Source: Geminicoccaceae bacterium (GTDB lineage: Bacteria; Pseudomonadota; Alphaproteobacteria; Geminicoccales; Geminicoccaceae). From it: DNA of 64,000 nucleotides. The notes below the pieces were generated by a model. The model worked only from the letters and a program-made list of their open reading frames with translations. It was not told where the DNA came from and did not search any database. The position numbers and the translations under genes are program-made. The stretch is taken from positions 1,415 to 65,414 of the forward strand of contig JANWZN010000001.1 in NCBI GenBank assembly GCA_025054575.1. Reading direction: 5' to 3'. The number at the start of each line of letters is the position of its first letter. The first letter of the stretch is position 1. Positions 56,846 to 64,000 of the stretch are shown here, piece after piece.

Positions 56846-57606
56846 CCCTCGAGACCGAGCCTGTTGTGGAGCCGATCGCGGCCGAGCCGCCCGTGCCGCA
56901 GACGACCGAAACGAAAGCGATCGAGCCGCCGGCGGACGTTCCGGAGAAGTTCTGGGACCCCGCGACCGGCACCGTGCGGGTCGAGGCGCTGCTCAAATCC
57001 TACGTCGAGCTGGAGCGCAAGCTCGGCCGCACGGTCCCGCTCCCCGAGGGCCCCGAGGATCGCGAGGCGCGCGAGCGTCTGCTCTCCGCACTCGGTCGCC
57101 CGGCGAGCCCGGACGAGTACCAGATCCAGGCGCGCGACGAGCTGGTCACACCGGACCCCGAACTCAATGCCCGGCTGCACGCCGCCGGCTTCACCCAGGA
57201 CCAGGTTCAGCTCGTCTACGATCTCGCAGCAGAACGCCTGCTGCCGATGGTCGCGAGCCTGGTCGAGGAGAGCGAGGCGGCCCGGCAGGTGGATCGGCTC
57301 GTCGCCCACTTCGGCGGCGAAGCGCGCTGGCGCGAGGTGGCGCGCGAGCTCAAGACCTGGGGCCAGGCCAACCTGGAGCCCGAGGTCTTCGCCGCCCTCG
57401 CCTCGAGCCACAAAGGGATCTTGATGATGCATCGGATGATGCAGGGCGGCGAGCCCGAACTCCTGGGCCGCGCCGAGCGCGGCACCGAGCGCCTCGATCA
57501 GCAAGCGCTCGACCTGATGGTGCGCGACCCGCGCTACTGGCGGGATCGCGATCCGAGCTTCATCGCGCGCGTCACCGAGGGCTTTCGAAGCCTCTACGGC
57601 GACTGA
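56842..57606 (+). CDS. putative scaffolding / capsid assembly protein
   Basis: 254 aa, acidic and helical. PEKFWDP...VEALLKSYVELERKLG resembles podovirus scaffold N-termini. It lies between the portal and capsid genes. Confidence 0.6.
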   Translation: MTLETEPVVEPIAAEPPVPQTTETKAIEPPADVPEKFWDPATGTVRVEALLKSYVELERKLGRTVPLPEGPEDREARERLLSALGRPASPDEYQIQARDELVTPDPELNARLHAAGFTQDQVQLVYDLAAERLLPMVASLVEESEAARQVDRLVAHFGGEARWREVARELKTWGQANLEPEVFAALASSHKGILMMHRMMQGGEPELLGRAERGTERLDQQALDLMVRDPRYWRDRDPSFIARVTEGFRSLYGD

Positions 57607-57726
57607 CGCGCCGCGCCGGGCGGACAACCGACAGGCCCGCACCGGACCCGTCGGGCGCGCCGGGCGGCCCCACGCGGGACAACCGCCGGCGGCCCGCTCC
57701 GACCGAAACACGAGCAGAGGTTGCCG

Positions 57727-58545
57727 ATGTCGACATACATCGACCAAGCGTTCGTCAAGCAGTTCGAGCGCGAAGTCCACGCCGCCTACCAGCGGCAGGG
57801 CTCGAAGCTCCGCCCGACCGTGCGGACCAAGAACAACGTCCGCGGTAGCACGACCGTGTTCCAGAAGGTCGGCAAGGGCGCGGCCGCGCCCAAGGCCCGC
57901 CACGGCATGGTCCCGGTCATGAACGTCGAGTTCGACCACGTCGAGGCCGTGCTCGTCGACTACTACGCCGGCGAATGGGTGGACCGGCTGGACGAGCTCA
58001 AGACCAACATCGACGAGCGCCAGGTTCTGGCCGCTGCCGGCGCCTATGCGCTGGGGCGCAAGACCGACGAGCTCATCATCAAGGCCCTCTCCCAGGCTTC
58101 GACGGCGGTCGGCTCGCCGGCCGAGGGCCTCACCAAGCAGAAGGTGCTGGCCGCCTTCGAGCATCTCGGTGACCACGACGTGCCGGACGACGGTCAGCGC
58201 TTCGCGGTCGTTGGTTGGCGGCAGTGGTCCGAGCTCCTGGCGCTGCCCGAGTTCGCGAGCGCCGAGTTCATCGGCGACGATCAGCTGCCCTGGCGCGGTG
58301 CCCAGGCCAAGATGTGGCTCGGCACGCTGTGGATCGCGCATTCGGGGCTGCCGCACGAGGCCGGCGTGCGGACCTGCTTCTGGTACCACCGCACCGCGGT
58401 CGGCCACGCCGTGGGTCAGGAGGTGGTGACCGACATCACCTGGCACGGGGACCGCGCGGCGCACTTCGTCGCCAACTCGATGTCGCAAGGCTCCGTGCTG
58501 ATCGACGGCACGGGCGTGGTCAAGATCCCCTGCCTGGAGGCGTGA
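57727..58545 (+). CDS. major capsid protein
   Basis: ATG 57727 has AGAGG upstream (TTG 57721 in the track). ~272 aa of capsid-family-like sequence (IDQAFVKQFEREVHAAYQRQGSKLR...). It follows the scaffold gene and a long structured leader. Confidence 0.75.
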   Translation: MSTYIDQAFVKQFEREVHAAYQRQGSKLRPTVRTKNNVRGSTTVFQKVGKGAAAPKARHGMVPVMNVEFDHVEAVLVDYYAGEWVDRLDELKTNIDERQVLAAAGAYALGRKTDELIIKALSQASTAVGSPAEGLTKQKVLAAFEHLGDHDVPDDGQRFAVVGWRQWSELLALPEFASAEFIGDDQLPWRGAQAKMWLGTLWIAHSGLPHEAGVRTCFWYHRTAVGHAVGQEVVTDITWHGDRAAHFVANSMSQGSVLIDGTGVVKIPCLEA

Positions 58546-58549
58546 TCCC

Positions 58550-58819
58550 ATGGCCTTCGATCCCAAGAACCTCAGCGTTCTCGCTTATGCCAATGGCTTC
58601 ACGCTTTGGCATTACCGAACCGCCGATCCGATGGCCGAGCTCTCGACGGCAGGATACTTCAACGCTGCCTCGGGGCTCTTGCGCGTCGGGGACCTCGTGA
58701 TCGCCCATGCCGGCGTCGGCGTGATCCCCGCGCACGGGCTGCTCGTCGTCCGTGGCAACAGCGGCGGCGTGGTCGATCTTTCCGACGCGACCCCGGTCGG
58801 TACCACCAACATCGACTGA
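58550..58819 (+). CDS. hypothetical phage protein (89 aa), possible head accessory
   Basis: Starts 4 nt after the capsid stop with GGAGG upstream. Protein-like sequence (LAYANGFTLWHYRTADP...). Confidence 0.5.
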   Translation: MAFDPKNLSVLAYANGFTLWHYRTADPMAELSTAGYFNAASGLLRVGDLVIAHAGVGVIPAHGLLVVRGNSGGVVDLSDATPVGTTNID

Positions 58820-58905
58820 GCGGCACGCGCCGCCCGAACGATCCGTCCGGTCGGGAGGGGTGACCCTCCCGACCGCCCTCGCCGCCGCGCTTGCGGAGGT
58901 CTGCC

Positions 58906-59271
58906 ATGCTCTCGAACTTCGCGCGCGCCGCCGGCGTCGCGGCGTGCCTCGTCGCTTTCTGCCTGCCCGCGGCAGCCTCCGAGCCGCCATCGGCCTGCCC
59001 TGCGCTGTCGCTCGCGGCACTCGCCGAGCGGCTCCCGGAAGCTCGCCGGTTCGCGATCGACGGGGCCGCGCTGGCACCACTCCTGGCTCTCTGGCCCGTC
59101 GATCCGGATCTCGCCGACGCCGTTCGGCCGGATTCCGCGACCGTCTTCGCTTTGCCCGGCCGGCCGCTGCTCGTCGCGCTCACCCGCGCGGGCTGCGTCG
59201 TGGGTGCCTTCGCCGCCGACCAGACACGCCTCTTCCACGACCTTCGCGCGCGGCTGGGTCTGCCGATCTGA
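58906..59271 (+). CDS. hypothetical secreted protein (121 aa)
   Basis: ATG 58906 has GGAGG 7 nt upstream. Signal peptide MLSNFARAAGVAACLVAFCLPAAASE. Confidence 0.5.
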   Translation: MLSNFARAAGVAACLVAFCLPAAASEPPSACPALSLAALAERLPEARRFAIDGAALAPLLALWPVDPDLADAVRPDSATVFALPGRPLLVALTRAGCVVGAFAADQTRLFHDLRARLGLPI

Positions 59272-59299
59272 CCCTTCCGGCGCGCAACGGGAGCGTCCC

Positions 59300-59872
59300 A
59301 TGCCGCATTCCGCCCTGAGCCTGTGCGCCGCGGCCCTCGTCAAGCTCGGCGCGCGGCCGATCGAAGCGCTCGACGAACCGACCGCCGAGGCCGAGGTCGC
59401 GGGCCGGCTCTACCCGCTCGTGCGCGACGCGGTCCTGCTCGCCCATCCCTGGTCGTTCACCCTGGCTCAGGCGACTCTCGAGCGCGAGCCGACCCGGCCG
59501 GCCGGCGACTTCGCGGCCGCGTTCCGCCTCCCGGCCGATCTCCTGCGGACGATCTCGGCGGGTCAGGGTGGGAGCGGTCGCGGCCTCGTCTATCGGGTAT
59601 TCGGCGATCGGCTGCACACCGACGCGGAGCAGGTTCTCCTCACCTATCAGCGCCGCCCGCCCGAGGCGGAGTTCCCGCCTTATTTCGTGCCCGCGCTGGT
59701 CGCGCGTCTCGCGGCCGAGTTCTGCTTGCCGATCACCGAGAACGCCGCGCGCGCCGACGTGCTCAACCGGCTCGCGGCGAGCGAGCTCAAGCTCGCCAAG
59801 CTGATCGACAGCCAGCAGGCGACACCGCAGCGAGTCGAAGACTTCACCCTCGTCCGGGCGCGCCTCGCATGA
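59300..59872 (+). CDS. tail tubular protein A-like (gp11-like adaptor)
   Basis: 190 aa. The size, the position before a ~650-aa tail protein, and the N-terminal pattern ALSLCAAALVKLGARPIEALDEPTAEAEVAGRLYPLVRDAVLLAHPWSF fit podovirus gp11-type proteins. Confidence 0.55.
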   Translation: MPHSALSLCAAALVKLGARPIEALDEPTAEAEVAGRLYPLVRDAVLLAHPWSFTLAQATLEREPTRPAGDFAAAFRLPADLLRTISAGQGGSGRGLVYRVFGDRLHTDAEQVLLTYQRRPPEAEFPPYFVPALVARLAAEFCLPITENAARADVLNRLAASELKLAKLIDSQQATPQRVEDFTLVRARLA

Positions 59873-61824
59873 CGCGCCAGCTTCTGTTGAAGACGAGTTT
59901 CGCCTCGGGCGAGCTCGATCCGTTGATGTTCGGCCGGATCGATCTGCGCGCCCAGGACGACGGCGCGCGCCGCCTCCGCAACGTCTTCGTCCACAGCGGT
60001 GGCGGTGTTTCGCGGCGGCCCGGCACGCGCATCCTGGCCGAGGTGCCGGGAGCGCGCCGGCTTCTGCCGTTCGACGACGACGATGCGGCCTTTCTGCTCG
60101 TCCTGGCGCCGGAGCGGCTCGTCGTCCTGCGCGACGGAAATCCGGTCGCCGACCTCGAGGCCCCTTGGTCGGCTGAGCAGCTCCTGGAGATCGATTGGGC
60201 ACGCTATCGCGACCGCCTCTACATCGTCCATCCCGATGTCCGCGGGATGGAGGTCATCCGCCGACGCAACGGCCCGGGCCAGCCGGATCGATGGGAGCTC
60301 CGCGACTGGCGCTTCGAAGCGGTCGAGCCCGAGCCCGGCATCCGCCGTCCGCTCGCACCCTTCGCCAAGCTGGCACCACCGGACACCGCGGTCCGCGTCC
60401 GTCGCGACGGCGACGATCCACCGGCCGGGGCCTCGGCCGGCGATTTCGTGCTCGTCGATGCCCGCCACACCGAGGGTGCTTCGACCGATGCGGTCTTCAA
60501 GCCAGAGCACTACGGCGTCTGGTTGAAAATCGCCGGCAAGTACGTCCGGATCGTCAATTATCAGGCCCCGAACCTGGTCCTCGCGAAGGCATACGATTCG
60601 TTCCCCGACAGCGCCTGGACGCTGCGATGGGAAGAAGAAGCCTTCAGCCACGCTCGCGGCTGGCCGCGCGCCGTCTCGTTCCACCAGGACCGCATGGTGA
60701 TCGGTGGCTCGCGCGACCTACCCGACTGGGTCTGGATGTCGCGCACCGGTCGGCCCCTCAATTTCGACGTCGGCACCGGTCTCGACGACGAGGCGATCGC
60801 CTTCCGGCTCGCCGACGAAACGCGGCACGTGATCACGAACCTCGTTCCCGGCCGGAATCTGCAGATTTTGACGACCTCCGGCGAGTGGATCGTGAAGGGG
60901 TTTCCGGTCACGCCGGCCGGGACCCAGGTCGAGCGGCAGACCCGGATCGGCTCGCGGCCCTCGCCGAGGGTCCGGCCGATCGACGTCGACGGGGCGACCT
61001 TGTTCGTCGGTGCGAGCGGTCGCGAGCTGCGTGAGTTTCTCTACACCGAGGTCGAGCAGGCCTATCAGGCGGCCGATCTCGCCACGCTTTCGCGCCATTT
61101 GCTGGACGACCCGATCGACGCCGCGTTCGACGGTCAGCGCCGGCTCTTGTGGATCGTCCGTCGAGACGGTCGGATCGCGACCGTCACGATCGATCGCAAC
61201 GCCAACGTCGCCGCCTGGACGCTCCAGGAATTCGAGGGTTCGGCGCGCGCCGTCGCCACCCTGCGGGGCAAGCTCCATCTGCTCCTGTCTTGGGCCGGCA
61301 CGACCGTGGTCGAGACGCTCGAAGAGGGTCTCTGGCTCGACCACGCCTCGGTCGCGGAAAGCGAAAGCGCGACCACGCAATGGTCCGGATTCGGGCGGTA
61401 TGTCGGCCGCTCGGTCGCCATCCTCGCCGACGGAGCCGAGGTCTGGCGCGGTACGCTCGGTGCCGATTCGATCCTGCTCGGCTCGCCCGCCCGCTCGGTG
61501 GTGGTGGGTGTGGCCTACGCGCACGAGATCGAGCCCGCGCCCACCAACGCTGCATCGCGCGGGGTCGCTCTCGACGCGTTGCATCGGCCGATACGGTCGA
61601 CGTTTCGCCTCGCCGACAGCCGCCGGCTGTCGGTCGACACGGGTAACGGTTTCCAGACCGTCGATCTCGCGAGTCCGGGGAGCCAAGCGTTCTCCGGCGA
61701 TCGCGTGTTGCGCGCGATGGGTTGGCGGCGCGGGCACGACGCATTCCTTTGGCGGATCCGGGACGATGCGGCCACGTCCTTCACGTTGCTGGCCGCGCAA
61801 ACCGAACTCAAGGTGAACGAGTAA
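59869..61824 (+). CDS. tail tubular protein B-like (gp12-like nozzle)
   Basis: 651 aa. ATG overlaps the upstream stop (ATGA). The N-terminus LKTSFASGELDPLMFGRIDL...LRNVFVHSGGGVSRRPGT fits the gp12-type pattern. Confidence 0.6.
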   Translation: MTRQLLLKTSFASGELDPLMFGRIDLRAQDDGARRLRNVFVHSGGGVSRRPGTRILAEVPGARRLLPFDDDDAAFLLVLAPERLVVLRDGNPVADLEAPWSAEQLLEIDWARYRDRLYIVHPDVRGMEVIRRRNGPGQPDRWELRDWRFEAVEPEPGIRRPLAPFAKLAPPDTAVRVRRDGDDPPAGASAGDFVLVDARHTEGASTDAVFKPEHYGVWLKIAGKYVRIVNYQAPNLVLAKAYDSFPDSAWTLRWEEEAFSHARGWPRAVSFHQDRMVIGGSRDLPDWVWMSRTGRPLNFDVGTGLDDEAIAFRLADETRHVITNLVPGRNLQILTTSGEWIVKGFPVTPAGTQVERQTRIGSRPSPRVRPIDVDGATLFVGASGRELREFLYTEVEQAYQAADLATLSRHLLDDPIDAAFDGQRRLLWIVRRDGRIATVTIDRNANVAAWTLQEFEGSARAVATLRGKLHLLLSWAGTTVVETLEEGLWLDHASVAESESATTQWSGFGRYVGRSVAILADGAEVWRGTLGADSILLGSPARSVVVGVAYAHEIEPAPTNAASRGVALDALHRPIRSTFRLADSRRLSVDTGNGFQTVDLASPGSQAFSGDRVLRAMGWRRGHDAFLWRIRDDAATSFTLLAAQTELKVNE

Positions 61825-62261
61825 TGGGTGCGCTCACGAGCTTGGCCACGCTCGGCCTCGACTTGGCGCTCGCGCAAAAGGCCCGCGAGGACGAGGCGGA
61901 TCGTATCAAGGAGCAGCGGCGGGCCGAAGTCCGCCGCATCCGCGCTGCCGATCTCGAGGATCAGCGCCGTCAACAGGCGGCGCTCGCTCGGCGCCTCGCC
62001 CAGGAGCGGGCGCGCGCCGGCGCGCTCGGCATCGCCGGCACCGGCGGCTCGTTCGATGCGGTGCTGCGCGGCCTCGAGGAGGAGAGCCGCGCGCTCCGCG
62101 ACGCGCGGCAGCGCGAGACGTCCGCACGGATCGCCGCCGCTCGCGAGCGTTGGGGTGCACGTTCGCGCCGCAACCTACTGGAGGTCACCGACCGTTTCGG
62201 CGAGATCGGCGCCCGGCTCCTCGACCGGCCAGCCGGCTCGCGGCGCAGCCTTCTCGACTGA
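61824..62261 (+). CDS. hypothetical Arg/Glu-rich coiled-coil protein (145 aa)
   Basis: ATG overlaps the upstream TAA (TAATG). Hydrophobic N-terminal stretch, then a charged helical region. Function unknown (internal virion protein or small terminase are guesses). Confidence 0.45.
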   Translation: MGALTSLATLGLDLALAQKAREDEADRIKEQRRAEVRRIRAADLEDQRRQQAALARRLAQERARAGALGIAGTGGSFDAVLRGLEEESRALRDARQRETSARIAAARERWGARSRRNLLEVTDRFGEIGARLLDRPAGSRRSLLD

Positions 62262-62262
62262 G

Positions 62263-63816
62263 ATGGACCGACCCGATGCGAGCCCGACCCCTCCGGTCGA
62301 CCCGAGCGTAGAAAGGTTCGAGCAGCGACTGCCAAGGATCAATTTCTTGCGCTTCGTGTGCCTATGGAATTACCATCAGGGCCGGACCACGCCACGACTT
62401 CATCTCGAGATCTGCCAGTGGCTGGACGAATGTTGGCGGCACAACGATCGCCGCTTGATCGTTCTCGTGTTCCGCGACGCTGGCAAGTCGACCCTCGCCG
62501 CCCTCTATTGTGCGTGGCTGCTGTACGGCGATCCCGAGCTGCGCATCCTCGTGCTATCGGCCGATCAGGCGCTCGCGGTCAAGATGACCCGCAACGTGCG
62601 CGGGATCCTCGAGCGTCACCGGCTCACCCGGCATCTCCTGGATCGCCGGCCGGAGTGCTGGGCGGCCGACCAGCTCACGGTTCGGCGCAGGCGGGTTCAC
62701 CGCGACCCGTCGCTGTTGGCGCGCGGGATCGGTGCGAACATTACGGGATGCCGGGCCGATGTCGTCGTCTACGACGATGTCGAGGTGCCGAACACCGCGG
62801 ACACGGAAGAGAAACGGGCGCTGTTGCGCGAGCGGCTCAAGGAGGTCGAGTTCGTGCTCGTGCCGAACGGCTTGCAGCTCTTCATCGGCACGCCGCACAG
62901 TGATCATTCGATCTATTCGGAAGTTCCGCGACGGGATCTCGGCGAATCGGAGCCCTTTTTGCAAGGTTTCCAGAGGTTGACCATGCCGCTGGTCTCGCGC
63001 AAGCGCGGGGAGCAGCGCTGGCCGGAACGTTTCGAGAATCCCGATGTCGATCGGCTGATCGAGCGAGCGGGTCCGGCCAAATTCCGCAGCCAGATGCAGT
63101 TGCTGCCCACCCGGCCGGAAGACGTCCGCCTCGATCCCGACCGGCTGCTGCCCTACGATGCGGCGATCGAGGTGGCCTCGGCGCACGGACGCGAGGTTCT
63201 CGAGATCGGCGGGCGCCGGATGGTCTCGGCCACGGCCGCCTGGGATCCGTCCTATGGCCGACCGGACCGTGGCGATGCGAGCGTGGTGGCGGCCTTGTTC
63301 GTCGACGGCGAGGGTCATTATTGGCTGCACGCGATCGACTATCTCGTCGTCCGACCCGATCGCAGCGAAGCGGTCGACGAGGCCACGGCGCTGTGCCGAA
63401 TGGTGGCGGGGTTTCTCGTGCGCCACCACCTCCCGTCCGTGATCGTCGAGAGCAACGGGATCGGCGGCTTTCTGCCGGCCCTCTTGCGCCAGGAGATCCG
63501 GCGCTGCGGCGCCGGTATCGCCGTGATCCAGCGGGCCGCCACCGTGCCCAAGGATCGCCGGATCCTGGAGGCGTTCGATCCGCTGTTGGCGGCCCGCCGG
63601 TTGCACGTTCACCGCAGCGTGCTCGCCACCCCGTTTCTCGAAGAGATGCGGAACTGGCGCCCCGGCCGACGGGGTCGCGACGACGGGCTCGACGCGGTCG
63701 CCACCTGCCTTCTGGCCGAGCCCGTCCGCCTGCCGCAGGTGGTGGCCCGGCCGGCCGGCCCGACGTGGCGGCACGCGCCGACCACGTTCCACGCGCCGAG
63801 CGATTTCCGGCTCTGA
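62263..63816 (+). CDS. terminase large subunit
   Basis: 517 aa. Walker A-like FRDAGKST, Walker B ADVVVYDDVE, and nuclease-domain acidic motifs (AAWDPSYG, VIVESNGIGG, RDDGLDAVA). Confidence 0.85.
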   Translation: MDRPDASPTPPVDPSVERFEQRLPRINFLRFVCLWNYHQGRTTPRLHLEICQWLDECWRHNDRRLIVLVFRDAGKSTLAALYCAWLLYGDPELRILVLSADQALAVKMTRNVRGILERHRLTRHLLDRRPECWAADQLTVRRRRVHRDPSLLARGIGANITGCRADVVVYDDVEVPNTADTEEKRALLRERLKEVEFVLVPNGLQLFIGTPHSDHSIYSEVPRRDLGESEPFLQGFQRLTMPLVSRKRGEQRWPERFENPDVDRLIERAGPAKFRSQMQLLPTRPEDVRLDPDRLLPYDAAIEVASAHGREVLEIGGRRMVSATAAWDPSYGRPDRGDASVVAALFVDGEGHYWLHAIDYLVVRPDRSEAVDEATALCRMVAGFLVRHHLPSVIVESNGIGGFLPALLRQEIRRCGAGIAVIQRAATVPKDRRILEAFDPLLAARRLHVHRSVLATPFLEEMRNWRPGRRGRDDGLDAVATCLLAEPVRLPQVVARPAGPTWRHAPTTFHAPSDFRL

Positions 63817-63888
63817 CGTTCCGACGGCCGGCGCTTGCTTTTGGCGGGTGCCGGCCTAGGAAGGGTGCGAGGAGCGCGGGAGGTGCCG

Positions 63889-64000
63889 ATGGTCCGGCTT
63901 CTGGCGAAGGTCGTGGCAGCGCTGGTGGGCTCGATCGGGGTCGCCGCCGCGCAAGGCTTCCAGCCCGCGATCATCTTCGACATGGGCGGCAAGTTCGACA
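63889..64000 (+). CDS. BMP-family ABC substrate-binding lipoprotein, 3' end beyond the window
   Basis: MVRLLAKVVAALVGSIGVAAAQGFQPAIIFDMGGKFD: a signal peptide followed by the BMP-family (I/V)xDxGGKFD start. Confidence 0.55.
   Translation, partial: MVRLLAKVVAALVGSIGVAAAQGFQPAIIFDMGGKFD

Larger units (their letters stand above)
50627..63816. mobile_element. podovirus-derived morphogenesis locus (defective prophage or domesticated particle system), with no integrase or att sites seen
   Basis: 15 contiguous phage-type ORFs in two divergent operons, bounded by metY and a BMP-family gene. Details are in the member features and findings. Confidence 0.7.

Noticed and set aside
1-64000. CRISPR arrays, rRNA genes, IS elements / transposases, toxin-antitoxin pairs, and restriction-modification or other recognisable defence systems
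   Set aside because: None were seen in the ORF translations or in visual inspection of the intergenic regions. A computed repeat and HMM search would be needed to exclude short or degenerate examples.

Overview
GC-rich chromosomal segment with strong G/C bias at third codon positions, which produces many long spurious antisense ORFs in the track. Gene content and synteny look alphaproteobacterial: an IalB-family gene, the gpmI / EnvC-like / ctpA / YibQ-like / rppH block, DUF1192, and long-form PstC/PstA. I can support about 65 protein genes, one tRNA-Pro(UGG) and a few regulatory sites.

Layout:
- 0-4 kb: gor (cut by the window edge), class II DAHP synthase, a nicotinate-PRTase-family gene.
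- 4-6.8 kb: DUF3047 and acetoacetyl-CoA synthetase.
- 6.8-14.3 kb: complete Pho regulon core, phoR-pstSCAB-phoU-phoB, with a Pho box.
- 14.3-18.6 kb: sppA, rlmN, an IalB-like gene, a TrmH-family gene.
- 18.6-19.65 kb: unresolved.
- 19.65-25.3 kb: LssB/LssD-type type I secretion system with TolC and no substrate gene in view.
- 26-31.6 kb: cell-envelope / RNA-turnover block.
- 31.6-36.2 kb: GST, a secreted cyclase-family protein, and a MacB-type ABC system with a His-rich loop plus DUF3299.
- 36.1-42.2 kb: LIV-type ABC genes split by a CoA-transferase, then tRNA-Pro.
- 42.3-50.6 kb: mixed housekeeping genes ending in metY.

The stand-out is 50.6-63.8 kb. It is a compact, fully intact, tightly coupled podovirus-type morphogenesis locus: portal, scaffold, capsid, tail tubular A/B-like proteins, large terminase, beta-helix tailspike and a CI-like regulator. 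It has no integrase, replication, lysis or ejection-protein modules, and it sits directly between housekeeping genes. Three of its promoters share one architecture, and two of those carry an identical 9-mer. I read it as a candidate domesticated, GTA-like particle system of non-RcGTA type. All functional calls rest on motif and family recognition by eye; no searches were run.
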